Shown: positions 48,841-59,294 of the stretch, piece after piece
How positions within the stretch are numbered: the first letter of the stretch is position 1
How the letters are laid out: each line of letters starts with the position of its first letter
DNA from: an uncultured Spirochaetota bacterium
GTDB lineage: Bacteria > Spirochaetota > Brevinematia > Brevinematales > JAOACQ01
Direction: 5' to 3'
Length of the DNA stretch: 64,000 nucleotides
Assembly: GCA_963835575.1 (NCBI GenBank)
Contig: CAWIGG010000004.1
Location: 128,001-192,000, forward strand
Notes under the pieces: generated by a model
What the model was told of the DNA's origin: nothing
What the model saw: the letters and a program-made list of their open reading frames with translations, nothing else
Database searches by the model: none
Made by a program: the position numbers and the translations under genes

Positions 48841-51420
48841 ATGAAATTTGCAGGGATGGTTAAGGTCACGCCGAATATACCTCCCAATATAATTAGAATA
48901 AAGGAACTTTCTTATAATGTCTGGTGGTCGTGGAACCCTGAAGCCGTTAAATTATATCAATTGATTGATGAAAGGCTCTGGGAGGAAGTATACCACAATC
49001 CCGTCAAATTCCTTCTGAATGTTACGCAGACAAAGATCGAAAAAGCCGCCAAGTCCAGGACCTATCTTGAGCTCTATAACAAAATAATGGAAGAATTCGA
49101 CAGTTATATGAAAGATGAGAACACATGGTTCTGCCAGACTTTCCCGGACTGTAAAAACGATCTGATAGCCTACTTTTCGGCAGAATACGGAATTCACGAA
49201 TCCCTTCCCATTTATTCGGGCGGCCTCGGGATTTTGGCCGGAGACCATGTCAAAAGCGCGAGCGACATCGGCCTGCCGTATGTCGGGATCGGGCTTCTGT
49301 ATAAACAGGGATATTTTACTCAAAAGCTTACAAACGAGGGCTGGCAGGAAGCGGTTTACTACAATCTTGATTTCTCACAGCTGCCCTTGAATAAAGCCCA
49401 GGACAAAAACGGCGATCAGCTTACCATTGATGTCGACCTGCCGGGAAGAAAAGTCTATGCCAATATCTGGTATATACAGGCGGGGCGAGTCCGCGTTTAT
49501 CTTCTTGACACCAATATTGATAAAAATAAGGCGGAAGACCGCTGGTTTACATCCCAGCTGTACGGCGGCGACCAGGAAATGCGTATTACCCAGGAGATCA
49601 TACTGGGGATCGGCGGCGTCAGGGTCCTGAGGGCGCTGGGGCTTAAACCGGCTGTATGGCATATGAATGAAGGACATTCCGTATTTATGGGCCTGGAACG
49701 GATACGCGAGATTGTCGCGGAAGGTTTAACATTCTATGAAGCCCTGGAAGCCGTCAAAGCCTCCACGATATTCACCACCCATACGCCGGTGCCTGCGGGA
49801 AATGACGCTTTTCCCCTTCAGCTTCAGGCGAAATATTTCCGGAGCTACTGGGAAAAAGTAAAAATCAGCGAATCGCAGTTCATGGAGCTGGGCAAGGAAA
49901 TTGAACCCGGCGGTTCCCAGATCTTCAGCCTTACCATGCTGGCGCTGAAGCTGGCCGGCAGGGCAAACGGCGTAAGCGAACTGCACGGACATGTGTCCCG
50001 CAAGCTATGGGAAAATGTATGGGCAGGCGTCCCCTATGAAGAAAACCCGATCACTCATATAACAAACGGCGTCAGCACCGGCACATGGATAGCAGGCGAA
50101 ATAAAGAACCTGTATGATGAACATATGGGAATTGATTGGAAAAAGCGCCTGAACGACGCGAAGTTCTGGGAAAACGTTAAAAATATTCCGGACAAAGACC
50201 TCTGGCGGACACACCAAGCGCTTAAGCAAAAGATGGTGGATTATGTCAGAGAAAAAGCAATACAGGAATGGAAAAGATACGGCATTTCGCTCTCGGACAT
50301 TGCCGAAGACGCGGAAGACCTTCTCAATCCCGAGTATTTCACAATCGGATTCGCCAGAAGGTTCGCCACATATAAGAGGGCCGTCCTTCTATTCCGCGAC
50401 AGGGAAAGATTGAAGAAGATACTCAATAATCCCGAAATGCCGATGCAGATCATATTCGCGGGAAAAGCGCATCCCAAGGACAAGCCCGGCCAGGAATTCA
50501 TCAAAATGATTTTCGATCTGGCAAAACAGGACGGGTTCAAGGGCAGAATATTTTTCCTTGAAGATTATGATATGAATGTGGCGAGATATCTTGTTCAGGG
50601 CGTGGATGTCTGGCTGAACACGCCCCGCAGGCCTTACGAGGCAAGCGGAACAAGCGGCCAGAAAGGCCCGATCAACGGCGTCATTAACTTCAGCGTACTG
50701 GACGGCTGGTGGAGAGAGGCTTATGCCCTTAATCCCGGCTGCGGATGGTCGATCGGCCAGGACCAGGATTATCCAAACCCCGATTTTCAGGACCAGGAAG
50801 ACGCGCTGGACATTTACTCAAAACTGGAAAAAGAAATTCTCCCGCTTTACTATGATAGAGAGAAAGACGGTATCCCTGCCGGATGGGTCAAAAAAATGAA
50901 ACTTTCCATGCAGACCGTTATTCCTCATTTCAGCACCGATAGAATGGTCAAGGATTATACGGAAAGACGCTATGTAGAAGCGGCGCGGCAGGGGAAGAAT
51001 TATATAAAGGATAACTATGAAAAATCTAAAATCGCGGCCGCCTGGAAGTATAAGATCGCGTCCCAGTGGAACCAGGTCCATATAGACGCGGATTCTATTA
51101 CAAAATCCGACGCGTTTCAGGAAGTGTCCCTGAAGGAAGGCTTTCCTGTAAGCGCTGTCATAAGCCTCGGTCCGGTAAAAACACAGGATGTTTTAGTTGA
51201 GATTTATTATAGAAAGGTCGATGATAAAGGGAATATCACGGAAGAAAATCTCATAAGCGGAATGAAGCTTTCGGAAGAGCTGGGGAATGGCAGGTTCCGC
51301 TTTAACGGGATCTTAAAGCCGCTTAACGGCGGGCATTATGAATATACAATAAGGGTCATTCCATTCCTGGAAGGTACGGCGCATAAGTTTGAAATGGGTT
51401 TAATTAAGTGGCTGGATTAG
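48841..51420 (+). CDS. glgP: Alpha-glucan (glycogen/maltodextrin) phosphorylase
   Basis: YSGGLGILAGD, MNEGH, ARRFATYKR, EASGTSGQK PLP-binding motif. Confidence 0.95.
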   Translation: MKFAGMVKVTPNIPPNIIRIKELSYNVWWSWNPEAVKLYQLIDERLWEEVYHNPVKFLLNVTQTKIEKAAKSRTYLELYNKIMEEFDSYMKDENTWFCQTFPDCKNDLIAYFSAEYGIHESLPIYSGGLGILAGDHVKSASDIGLPYVGIGLLYKQGYFTQKLTNEGWQEAVYYNLDFSQLPLNKAQDKNGDQLTIDVDLPGRKVYANIWYIQAGRVRVYLLDTNIDKNKAEDRWFTSQLYGGDQEMRITQEIILGIGGVRVLRALGLKPAVWHMNEGHSVFMGLERIREIVAEGLTFYEALEAVKASTIFTTHTPVPAGNDAFPLQLQAKYFRSYWEKVKISESQFMELGKEIEPGGSQIFSLTMLALKLAGRANGVSELHGHVSRKLWENVWAGVPYEENPITHITNGVSTGTWIAGEIKNLYDEHMGIDWKKRLNDAKFWENVKNIPDKDLWRTHQALKQKMVDYVREKAIQEWKRYGISLSDIAEDAEDLLNPEYFTIGFARRFATYKRAVLLFRDRERLKKILNNPEMPMQIIFAGKAHPKDKPGQEFIKMIFDLAKQDGFKGRIFFLEDYDMNVARYLVQGVDVWLNTPRRPYEASGTSGQKGPINGVINFSVLDGWWREAYALNPGCGWSIGQDQDYPNPDFQDQEDALDIYSKLEKEILPLYYDREKDGIPAGWVKKMKLSMQTVIPHFSTDRMVKDYTERRYVEAARQGKNYIKDNYEKSKIAAAWKYKIASQWNQVHIDADSITKSDAFQEVSLKEGFPVSAVISLGPVKTQDVLVEIYYRKVDDKGNITEENLISGMKLSEELGNGRFRFNGILKPLNGGHYEYTIRVIPFLEGTAHKFEMGLIKWLD

Positions 51421-51450
51421 TCTTTTTTTTAAATAAGCGGGAGGCAGAAG

Positions 51451-52590
51451 ATGATGAATTTTAAAGAGGAATTGGAAAAGGCAAGAAATTTATACAAACA
51501 GCAGGAATATGAAGATACGGAAAAGATCTATACACAAATCCTGAATGAATTAAAGTCTTCAAATGAGCCTGATCAAAACCTGATGCATGAAGCGCTGCAG
51601 GGTATCGGCGATTGCTTGAGGGAACAGCTCTATTTCGAGGAAGCGATCCCTTATTTTCAGGATATTATTAAGATGGCGCCTGATAATAAAAAAGCGATGC
51701 TGGGAATGGCGGACAGCTACCGAGGCCTGAAAGACTGGGACAAAGCCCTGGAATACTGGTTCACCCTCCTGAAGCTCGATCCCGGCGATTTTCTGGTCGC
51801 TACAAGAATAGCCGACGCTTACAGGAAAAAAAGCGATTTCGCCAATGCCGAAAAATATTATCTGGTGTCTCTCGAAATCAACTCCAAAAATAAATTCGCC
51901 CTGATGGGACTGGGCGACCTTTATTATAAGAACAAAAAATATAACAAGGCCCTCGAATACTGGAAAACCCTGCTGGAGATCAACCCTAAATTCATCAATA
52001 TACTCACCATGGTCGGCAACATCTACAGGACATGGAAGCAGTTCGACAAGGCCATAGACTACTATCAGAAGGCCCTGGAAATTGACCGCAATAATTTTTA
52101 CGCCCTTTACGGTATTGCCGACTCGCTCCGCGGCAAAAAGAGATTCAGGGACGCAATCAAGTACTGGAAAAAGATCCTTTCCAAGGAGCCTAATAACGAC
52201 AGGATCCTGACAAGGCTCGCGGACTGCTACCTCAAGGTTGGAAAGATCGACGACGCCGAGAAGATCTATACCGACGTTATGGCCAACAGCTCCAATAAAT
52301 ACACTATGATCGGTCTGATCCGCATACATATCGAAAGGAAAGAATGGGAGAAGGCCACAGAAATGTGCCTGGATTATCTCAGGAAATACCCCAATGATAC
52401 GAGGGTCGTCCTCATCCTGGCCAAGATTTATGAGGATGCCGGCCAGAAGGAAAAGACAATGGAAGTCTATGAAAAGTACAGCACGATCTTTAATGATAAA
52501 AAGGAATTCACCTCCAGGCTCGCTTCATCGACGATAGAAAATTTTCAAAATGAGATTGAAGAGTTTAACGACCATGATATGGACAAATAA
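51451..52590 (+). CDS. Tetratricopeptide repeat protein
   Basis: Multiple 34-residue TPR units (A..YW...L...P.N). Confidence 0.88.
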   Translation: MMNFKEELEKARNLYKQQEYEDTEKIYTQILNELKSSNEPDQNLMHEALQGIGDCLREQLYFEEAIPYFQDIIKMAPDNKKAMLGMADSYRGLKDWDKALEYWFTLLKLDPGDFLVATRIADAYRKKSDFANAEKYYLVSLEINSKNKFALMGLGDLYYKNKKYNKALEYWKTLLEINPKFINILTMVGNIYRTWKQFDKAIDYYQKALEIDRNNFYALYGIADSLRGKKRFRDAIKYWKKILSKEPNNDRILTRLADCYLKVGKIDDAEKIYTDVMANSSNKYTMIGLIRIHIERKEWEKATEMCLDYLRKYPNDTRVVLILAKIYEDAGQKEKTMEVYEKYSTIFNDKKEFTSRLASSTIENFQNEIEEFNDHDMDK

Positions 52591-53161
52591 GCCTGTACTT
52601 TTTCTTTCTTTTACCCTGTTTCTTTTCTCGCTGTATTCACGCTCTTACTGCATCCGTTTTCCTGATATCTCTTATTTCCCGATTCTTCCTAATTACAGCT
52701 TTTCACTCATTTCCGGGAAAAGCAATACACTTGATGTCTCCATGAAAATCGAGATACCTAGGGACGAAGAGATCTATGACAAGTTCTTTTTAAACTGCCT
52801 TATCGTATTGAATATCGATAAGGAGAAATTGATTTATTCCCTGCGGTTCACTCTCATGACCAACGGCGATGTTTATCTGACGGAAATGCGCGACAGCGCC
52901 TTCCAGAGGTCTTTCCCTCCTGACATACTTATCTTTCCGGTCTATCCTTCATACGACAAACCGGTTGTTATCGGCGAGAATATATCCCTGAAATACTCAA
53001 AATCTTTCGGCAAAATGAGCGAGAAGGATTTTAAAAAAGTTTATAACAATGTCGTCACGGCCGAGCTCAAGCTCCTCGACGATCCCTGCCTTATTTATTT
53101 CTCAAAAGACTACGGCATTGTGGGGATTAAGGCAAGAGATGAGGTTTTCAGAAGAAAATAG
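52550..53161 (+). CDS. Hypothetical, possibly exported protein
   Basis: ORF with a hydrophobic N-terminal segment overlapping the end of the TPR gene; start uncertain. Confidence 0.55.
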   Translation: MRLKSLTTMIWTNKPVLFLSFTLFLFSLYSRSYCIRFPDISYFPILPNYSFSLISGKSNTLDVSMKIEIPRDEEIYDKFFLNCLIVLNIDKEKLIYSLRFTLMTNGDVYLTEMRDSAFQRSFPPDILIFPVYPSYDKPVVIGENISLKYSKSFGKMSEKDFKKVYNNVVTAELKLLDDPCLIYFSKDYGIVGIKARDEVFRRK

Positions 53162-53440
53162 ACGTTTTTTTGATTATTCCGCTCTAAATATGAATACCCT
53201 TTCTTAAATTAATTTTATAACTCACCTCAAAATAAGCTCTTGGTATTTATTGACAATTTCAATTAATTATATTAAATTTGTCTGAAAACAAATGAATCAA
53301 CCCGATTTGAGTGATGTTTTATTGACTATAAACAATTTTATCTTTTTTTGGCTTTGAATCATAAGGAAATGAATTTAAATAAGGCTTTCAACAGCTTTAT
53401 GGGTCTCACATAATTTTATTATGTGCCCAGGAGGCCTGAA

Positions 53441-56400
53441 ATGAAAAAGAAAACTAATCCTGCTCATATAAATGATAAAAAGAAGAATAATATTGCCCTT
53501 GAAAACGCCGAACTGCGAAGAAAATTGAAGGAATCCGAAGAGAAACTGAATTCCATCATCGGGTCTCAAAACGACGCTATTCTTATCTATGATCTTGAGC
53601 TGAACGCCGTTCAGGCAAACCCTTCTTTTATTAAAACATACGGCTTCAACCCCGCCGGTTTAAATTTGAAGGATATCATCAAAAAAGTCAATTGCCGCCG
53701 TCTCGACGGCAAGCCTTTAAAACCGGATGAACAGCCGGCGCCTCAAGCCCTTCGCGGCAAAAAAGTCAAAAGCGCTGTCATTCTGGTGAGTAAGGCCGAC
53801 GGTTCTGAGGCCGTTGTGGAGTCTTCCACCGGCCCCCTGAGGAAAGGAAAATTACTAACAGGCTCCGTAACGATCTGGCATGATATTACCGGCCAGATGA
53901 AGGCCCGGGAAGAATTTCATAAGACAAACAGAACGCTTAAAGCCCTCAGCCGCTCAAGCCAGGCCATCATGCGCGCGGCGGATGAAATGTCATATATGAA
54001 GGATGTCTGCAGGATTATTGTGGAAGACTGCGGCCATGCGATGGTATGGATCGGTTTTTCCGGGAATGATGAAGACAAGACTGTCCGGCCTGTCGCTTAT
54101 GCGGGTTTTGAGAAAGGTTATCTTGAAACACTTCATATCACATGGGCGGACACTGAGCGCGGGCGCGGCCCTACCGGGACGGCCATCCGCACAGGAAATA
54201 TTTGCATGTGCAGAAATATGCTGACCGATCCCGAATTTGAGCCCTGGCGCGAAGAGGCAATAAAGCGGGGTTATGCCTCCTCGATCGTTTTACCCCTGTT
54301 CGAAAACAAGAAAACTTTCGGGGCGATAAACATCTATTCAAGGGACCCTGACCCGTTCTCGGCGGATGAAGTCAGTCTTTTGAGTGAATTGGCCGGAGAC
54401 CTTTCTTACGGAATTATGACAATAAGACTGCGTGAAGCGCATGCAAATGCTGAAGAAGCCCTGATGCAGAGCGAGGAGAAATTCAGGCTTATCGCCATGA
54501 ATACGCCGGACCATATCCTGATACAGGATGCTGATCTCCGCTATACAATGGTCATAAATCCTCAATTGGGTCTGACTGAAAAGAATATGATCGGAAAGAC
54601 GGATTTTGAAATTCTTTCAAAAGAGGACGCGATTAATCTCACAAAAATAAAGGAAAGGGTCCTAGAAACCGGAAACCCTGAATCTATAAATATTCCGCTT
54701 GTTAATGATAAAGGAGAAGCGGAATATTTTGAAGGATCTTATGTTCCGAAACGTAATCCGCTGGGCCGGATTGACGGGATATTGGGGTATTTCAGAAATT
54801 TGACAGAACGTAAAAAAATGGAAGAGGCGCTGCGGGAAAACGAGAAGCGCTACCGGTCGCTCTTTAACAGTATGACCGAGGGATTTGCCCTGCATGAGAT
54901 TGTCTGCGACGGACAGGGTATTCCATGCGATTACCGCTTCCTTGAAATAAATCCGGCTTTTGAGCGTTTGACAGGGCTTAACCGCAGGAATGTGACAGGC
55001 AGACGTTTGAGCGAAGTAATGCCCGATGAAGATCCGAAATGGGTCGAAATCTATGGAAATGTCGCCCTGACGGGCAATCCGGTCCATTTCGAGAATTATT
55101 CGCCCGTTCTGAAGAAACACTTAGAGGTCTATTCCTACAGGCCTTCCCCGGGACAATTCGCGGCGATTTTCATAGATATCACCGAACGCAAGCTGGCCGA
55201 GGAATCCCTGCGCCGGACCCGCGACTTTCTGGAAAAACTGATCAATTACGCCAACGCGCCGATCATCTGCTGGGACACTCAATTCAATATTACGATATTT
55301 AACCATGCCTTTGAGCATCTATCTCACTATAAAGCCATTGAAGTTGTCGGGGAGAATTTAAGCATTCTTTTTCCTGATGAAAGCCGTGAGGAATCGTTAT
55401 CAAAAATCATGCGCACACTCAGCGGCGAACACTGGGAAGGGGTTGAAATTCCCATCCTCCGAAAGGACGGGGAAACACGAATTGTATTATGGAACACGGC
55501 CAATATATACTCTGAAGACGGAAAGACGCTGGTCGCCACCATCGCGCAGGGGCAGGATATAAGCGAACGCAAGCATTCCGAGGCGATGATGTCCTATCTG
55601 GCGTCCTTTCCGGAATTAAATCCCAATCCAATTACTGAAGTGAGCATAGAGGGAAAAACGCATTACATCAATCCTGTCGCTGAAAAGCTATTACCTAATC
55701 TCAAGACGCAGGGAATCAAGCACCCATGGCTTGACGGACTGGGAAGTATTACAGAATATCTGTTGAAAAGGAAGACGGGGTTATTCGTCCGGACAGTCGG
55801 AATAAAAGACACCTGGTACCAGCAGACATTCCACTATCTCGAAAGCGACCGGCGGATCCGCATCTATGGGATCGATGTTACAAAGCGCGTTCTTGCCCAG
55901 AAAGAGCTTCAAACCGCCAAGGACGCGGCGGAAGCGGCCGACAGGTCAAAATCCAGCTTTCTGGCCAATATGAGCCATGAGCTCCGTACGCCCCTCAACG
56001 CCATCCTGGGATACTCCCAGGTCCTGAGTAATGAAAGCAACTTGCCGGAAACGCATAAAAAAGATATCGAAGCCATAAGGCGGAGCGGCGAACATCTTCT
56101 GCGTATGATCAATAACCTCCTGGATTTTTCCAAGATAGAAGCCGGAAAGATGGAAGTGAAGAACCAATCATTTCATTTCCAGAATTTTATCAATTCCATT
56201 ATCGAACTTATTGAAATACAGGCAAAGGAAAAACATCTCGATTTCATTTTTGAGGCGTCATCGGCGCTTCCGGTTTTGGTTTCAGGAGATGAAGTCTGCC
56301 TGAGCCAGGTCCTGCTCAATCTGCTCTCAAATGCCGTCAAATTTACCGATAAAGGAAGCGTGACCCTTCACTTAAAGAATTATCAGAAGATCATGAATGA

Positions 56401-56956
56401 TAATAATATGCCGAAACATAAAATCCGTTTTGAAATTGCGGATACAGGCATCGGCATCCCGTCAGAGCAATTAGGTTCTGTTTTTGAACCTTTCAGACAG
56501 CTGAAGGACCGCAAAATTAAGGCAAAAGGAACTGGTCTTGGCCTTACAATCAGCCGGCAGCTGGTACGGATGATGGGCAGCGAACTTTATGTCCAGAGTA
56601 AATACGGGGAAGGGAGTATTTTCTGGTTTGATCTGGTTTTCGACAGTAATGAAACGGCTGACCAGGATATTAAAACTATAAGTCAAATGAAAAAAGCGGC
56701 GTCAGGCGCTGAAGAAAAGCAGGCTAAAATTATCCCACCTTCAGCAGAAGAGCTATCAGCTTTGCTTGATTTGGCTAACACAGGCAATATTATGGGAATA
56801 AGGAAATGGACAGAAAAAACGGATTCAGGCAGTAAAAAATACCTTGCTTTTACAGAAAAGATCAGGCAAATGGCGAGAGATATAAAACTGGAAGAAATAA
56901 GGCTCTTTATCAGGCAATATTCAGGAGGAAAAAATGAAACCAGATCAGTACCATGA
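53441..56956 (+). CDS. PAS/GAF sensor histidine kinase
   Basis: Several PAS domains, a GAF domain, FLANMSHELRTPL H-box, NAVKFT, DTGIGI, GTGLGL; ATG 53441 after AGGAGG. Confidence 0.92.
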   Translation: MKKKTNPAHINDKKKNNIALENAELRRKLKESEEKLNSIIGSQNDAILIYDLELNAVQANPSFIKTYGFNPAGLNLKDIIKKVNCRRLDGKPLKPDEQPAPQALRGKKVKSAVILVSKADGSEAVVESSTGPLRKGKLLTGSVTIWHDITGQMKAREEFHKTNRTLKALSRSSQAIMRAADEMSYMKDVCRIIVEDCGHAMVWIGFSGNDEDKTVRPVAYAGFEKGYLETLHITWADTERGRGPTGTAIRTGNICMCRNMLTDPEFEPWREEAIKRGYASSIVLPLFENKKTFGAINIYSRDPDPFSADEVSLLSELAGDLSYGIMTIRLREAHANAEEALMQSEEKFRLIAMNTPDHILIQDADLRYTMVINPQLGLTEKNMIGKTDFEILSKEDAINLTKIKERVLETGNPESINIPLVNDKGEAEYFEGSYVPKRNPLGRIDGILGYFRNLTERKKMEEALRENEKRYRSLFNSMTEGFALHEIVCDGQGIPCDYRFLEINPAFERLTGLNRRNVTGRRLSEVMPDEDPKWVEIYGNVALTGNPVHFENYSPVLKKHLEVYSYRPSPGQFAAIFIDITERKLAEESLRRTRDFLEKLINYANAPIICWDTQFNITIFNHAFEHLSHYKAIEVVGENLSILFPDESREESLSKIMRTLSGEHWEGVEIPILRKDGETRIVLWNTANIYSEDGKTLVATIAQGQDISERKHSEAMMSYLASFPELNPNPITEVSIEGKTHYINPVAEKLLPNLKTQGIKHPWLDGLGSITEYLLKRKTGLFVRTVGIKDTWYQQTFHYLESDRRIRIYGIDVTKRVLAQKELQTAKDAAEAADRSKSSFLANMSHELRTPLNAILGYSQVLSNESNLPETHKKDIEAIRRSGEHLLRMINNLLDFSKIEAGKMEVKNQSFHFQNFINSIIELIEIQAKEKHLDFIFEASSALPVLVSGDEVCLSQVLLNLLSNAVKFTDKGSVTLHLKNYQKIMNDNNMPKHKIRFEIADTGIGIPSEQLGSVFEPFRQLKDRKIKAKGTGLGLTISRQLVRMMGSELYVQSKYGEGSIFWFDLVFDSNETADQDIKTISQMKKAASGAEEKQAKIIPPSAEELSALLDLANTGNIMGIRKWTEKTDSGSKKYLAFTEKIRQMARDIKLEEIRLFIRQYSGGKNETRSVP

Positions 56957-58055
56957 AACAAAAATCCTGATCGTCGACGATGATCCGGACAATCTCAATA
57001 TTTTACTGGATCTTCTCGACAAATCCCATTTCAAAACCCTGGCGGCGACCGACGGCGAAAGCGCCATCGAACAGATTGTCAATTCCGAACCCGATCTGAT
57101 CCTTCTGGACGTCATGATGCCCGGGATTGACGGGTTTGAGACCTGCCGTGTCTTGAAAAAAAACAACGCGACAAAAAATATTCCGGTTATTTTCATGACC
57201 GCTCTTTCAGATACAGTTGATAAGGTTAAAGGGTTCGCGGCGGGCGGCGTGGATTATATAACCAAGCCCTTTCAGTTCGAAGAGGTGCTGGCGCGGGTCA
57301 ACGCGCACCTGACGATACAAAGGCTCCAGAAACAGCTCCAGCAGCAGAAAAAACAGCTGGAGGAACTCAATGCCAGCAAGGACATGTTTTTTTCAATACT
57401 GGCCCATGACCTGAAGAGCCCGATGGTCGTGTTTTTATCCTACGCGAACCTTCTGGACAAAATCGACAGCATGAAAAAAAGCGAATTTAAAGTCTTTACG
57501 ACCAAACTGCAGGATACGGCCGGGAATTTATTCGCCCTGCTTGAAAACCTTCTGACCTGGTCCACCGTCCAGCATGGCCTGATCGAGTATGCCCCCATAC
57601 AAATGAATATCAGCTCCGTTATCGATGAAAACATCAAATTGATGACCCCAAAAGCTTCGCAGAAGTATGTCCAGTTTAATAATCTTGTCCAGGAGGAAAT
57701 CCAGGTATTCGCCGATAAAAATATGCTGAGTACCATTATCAGGAACCTGCTGTCAAACGCCGTCAAGTTTTCACATCCCGGAGGAACTGTTAAAGTATCC
57801 GCGGTTCCGGATGATGACAGTGTCCAGATATGCGTTTCCGACGAAGGGGTCGGCATCGATAAAAAAAACCTTTCGAATCTTTTCAGGATTGATGTCAGGA
57901 CAAAACAGCCCGGCACCGCCGATGAGAAGGGGACAGGGCTGGGCCTGATACTCTGCAGGGAATTCGCGGAAAAGATGGGCGGAAGCATCGAGGTGGAAAG
58001 CGAGGAATTGAAAGGCACGACGGTCCGTTTCAGCATCCCCGTATCCGGGAAATAA
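56934..58055 (+). CDS. Hybrid response regulator/histidine kinase (REC-HisKA-HATPase)
   Basis: LIVDDD, LLDVMMP, AHDLKSP, NAVKFS, GTGLGL. Confidence 0.92.
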   Translation: MKPDQYHETKILIVDDDPDNLNILLDLLDKSHFKTLAATDGESAIEQIVNSEPDLILLDVMMPGIDGFETCRVLKKNNATKNIPVIFMTALSDTVDKVKGFAAGGVDYITKPFQFEEVLARVNAHLTIQRLQKQLQQQKKQLEELNASKDMFFSILAHDLKSPMVVFLSYANLLDKIDSMKKSEFKVFTTKLQDTAGNLFALLENLLTWSTVQHGLIEYAPIQMNISSVIDENIKLMTPKASQKYVQFNNLVQEEIQVFADKNMLSTIIRNLLSNAVKFSHPGGTVKVSAVPDDDSVQICVSDEGVGIDKKNLSNLFRIDVRTKQPGTADEKGTGLGLILCREFAEKMGGSIEVESEELKGTTVRFSIPVSGK

Positions 58056-58065
58056 CCGCTGAAAA

Positions 58066-58188
58066 ACGGTAATCCGCTAATGCACGCGAATAAACGCAAA
58101 TGCCTCACCCCACCTCGCAAGGCTCGGCACCCCTCTCCAAATTTGGAGAGGGTACGGGGGTGAGGCATTCGCGCGGCTTCGCGGAAGA
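58066..58188. repeat. Family B arms enclosing a complete family D palindrome
   Basis: TAATCCGCTAATGCACGCGAATAAACGCAAA [CCTCACCCC..CCCTCTCCAAATTTGGAGAGGG..GGGGTGAGG] TTCGCGCGGCTTCGCGGAAGA. Confidence 0.85.
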
Positions 58189-58220
58189 TTGGTTAAGTCT
58201 TCGTATTCAATTTTATTTTT

Positions 58221-59033
58221 CTATTCATTATTGACTTCATGGAAAACCAGGACTATTCCCTTGCCGGTCATATTGCTATCCTCATCCATAATAGGAGAAA
58301 TATTAAAATTAACAAATATTTCCACGCCTTTTTTGTTGACAAGAAGGCAGTTTTTATAATTCTTAACGCAGAACCCTTCGTCCTTAATCTTTGAAACAGG
58401 ATTTTCCAGCGGGATATGTTTCTTACCGTTCAGAATGTAAAATACTTCCGAAAGAGGGCTTCCACCGGCATCTCTTGATTTAAAGCCGGTATAGGCTTCG
58501 GCGACAGGATTGATAAAAGTCACCATACCATCGAAATCGGCTGTGATGACTCCTTCGCCAATGCTGTTCAATATACTGTAAAAGCTGTCCCTGCTTTCCT
58601 TCAATTCCTTATTTTGTTTTCTTATCCGCAGCGCCATATCTTTGTTTATTCTTTTCAAATCAAGAAACGCCAGAGCCTGATCGATTGTAACCAACAGCTC
58701 CTGATCATTCCATGGTTTTGTCAGATAGCGGTAAATTTCGCCTTCATTGATGGCTTCTATGGTGGCCTTGATATCGGAATAGCCGGTCAGAAGCATGCGG
58801 ATTGTGTCCGGATAATACCGTCTGACCTGTTTTAAGAATTCAGTGCCGGGCAGATCCGGCATCATCAGATCGGAAATGATGATATCCATATCCTCTTTTT
58901 TTAAAAGGGAAAAACCGTCTTTTGTGTTCTGAGCCGAATAGATTTCCGGATCATGCCTGTCCCTGAAAACTTCTTTAAAATAGCTGAGAACATCCGTGTC
59001 ATCATCGACTATCAGTAACTTGTGGTCGCTCAT
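58221..59033 (-). CDS. Response regulator with a C-terminal PAS domain
   Basis: LIVDDD, SDLMMP, YLTKPW, then a PAS domain; ATG 59033 after AGGAGG. Confidence 0.85.
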   Translation of the reverse strand: MSDHKLLIVDDDTDVLSYFKEVFRDRHDPEIYSAQNTKDGFSLLKKEDMDIIISDLMMPDLPGTEFLKQVRRYYPDTIRMLLTGYSDIKATIEAINEGEIYRYLTKPWNDQELLVTIDQALAFLDLKRINKDMALRIRKQNKELKESRDSFYSILNSIGEGVITADFDGMVTFINPVAEAYTGFKSRDAGGSPLSEVFYILNGKKHIPLENPVSKIKDEGFCVKNYKNCLLVNKKGVEIFVNFNISPIMDEDSNMTGKGIVLVFHEVNNE

Positions 59034-59253
59034 GATTTTTCCTCCTGTTAATAAAAAATAATGCCCGCCATGATACAACCCCCTGCCGTACTATCCTCCG
59101 CTAATTACTCCCATGATAAACTGCCGTTTAAATAAAAAGTAATATTATATTGCCGGAAAGTCAATACAATTATAAAAAAATGATTGGATCAGCATTGAGT
59201 ATTTCTTTTTTTCTTTGAAAATTAATGCTATATTGTTTATAATTAAATGCATA

Positions 59254-59281
59254 GTAGAGACGCACGGCTATGCGTCTCTAC
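59254..59281. repeat. GTAG-type REP-like hairpin
   Basis: GTAGAGACGCA-CGGCTA-TGCGTCTCTAC, a perfect 11-bp IR. Confidence 0.8.
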
Positions 59282-59294
59282 TTTGGAGGAATTT

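Noticed and set aside
29375..58188. Periodic 9-10-nt repeats as a CRISPR array or integron attC sites
   Set aside because: No constant repeat/unique spacer periodicity, no cas or intI gene, and no RYYYAAC/GTTRRRY cores.
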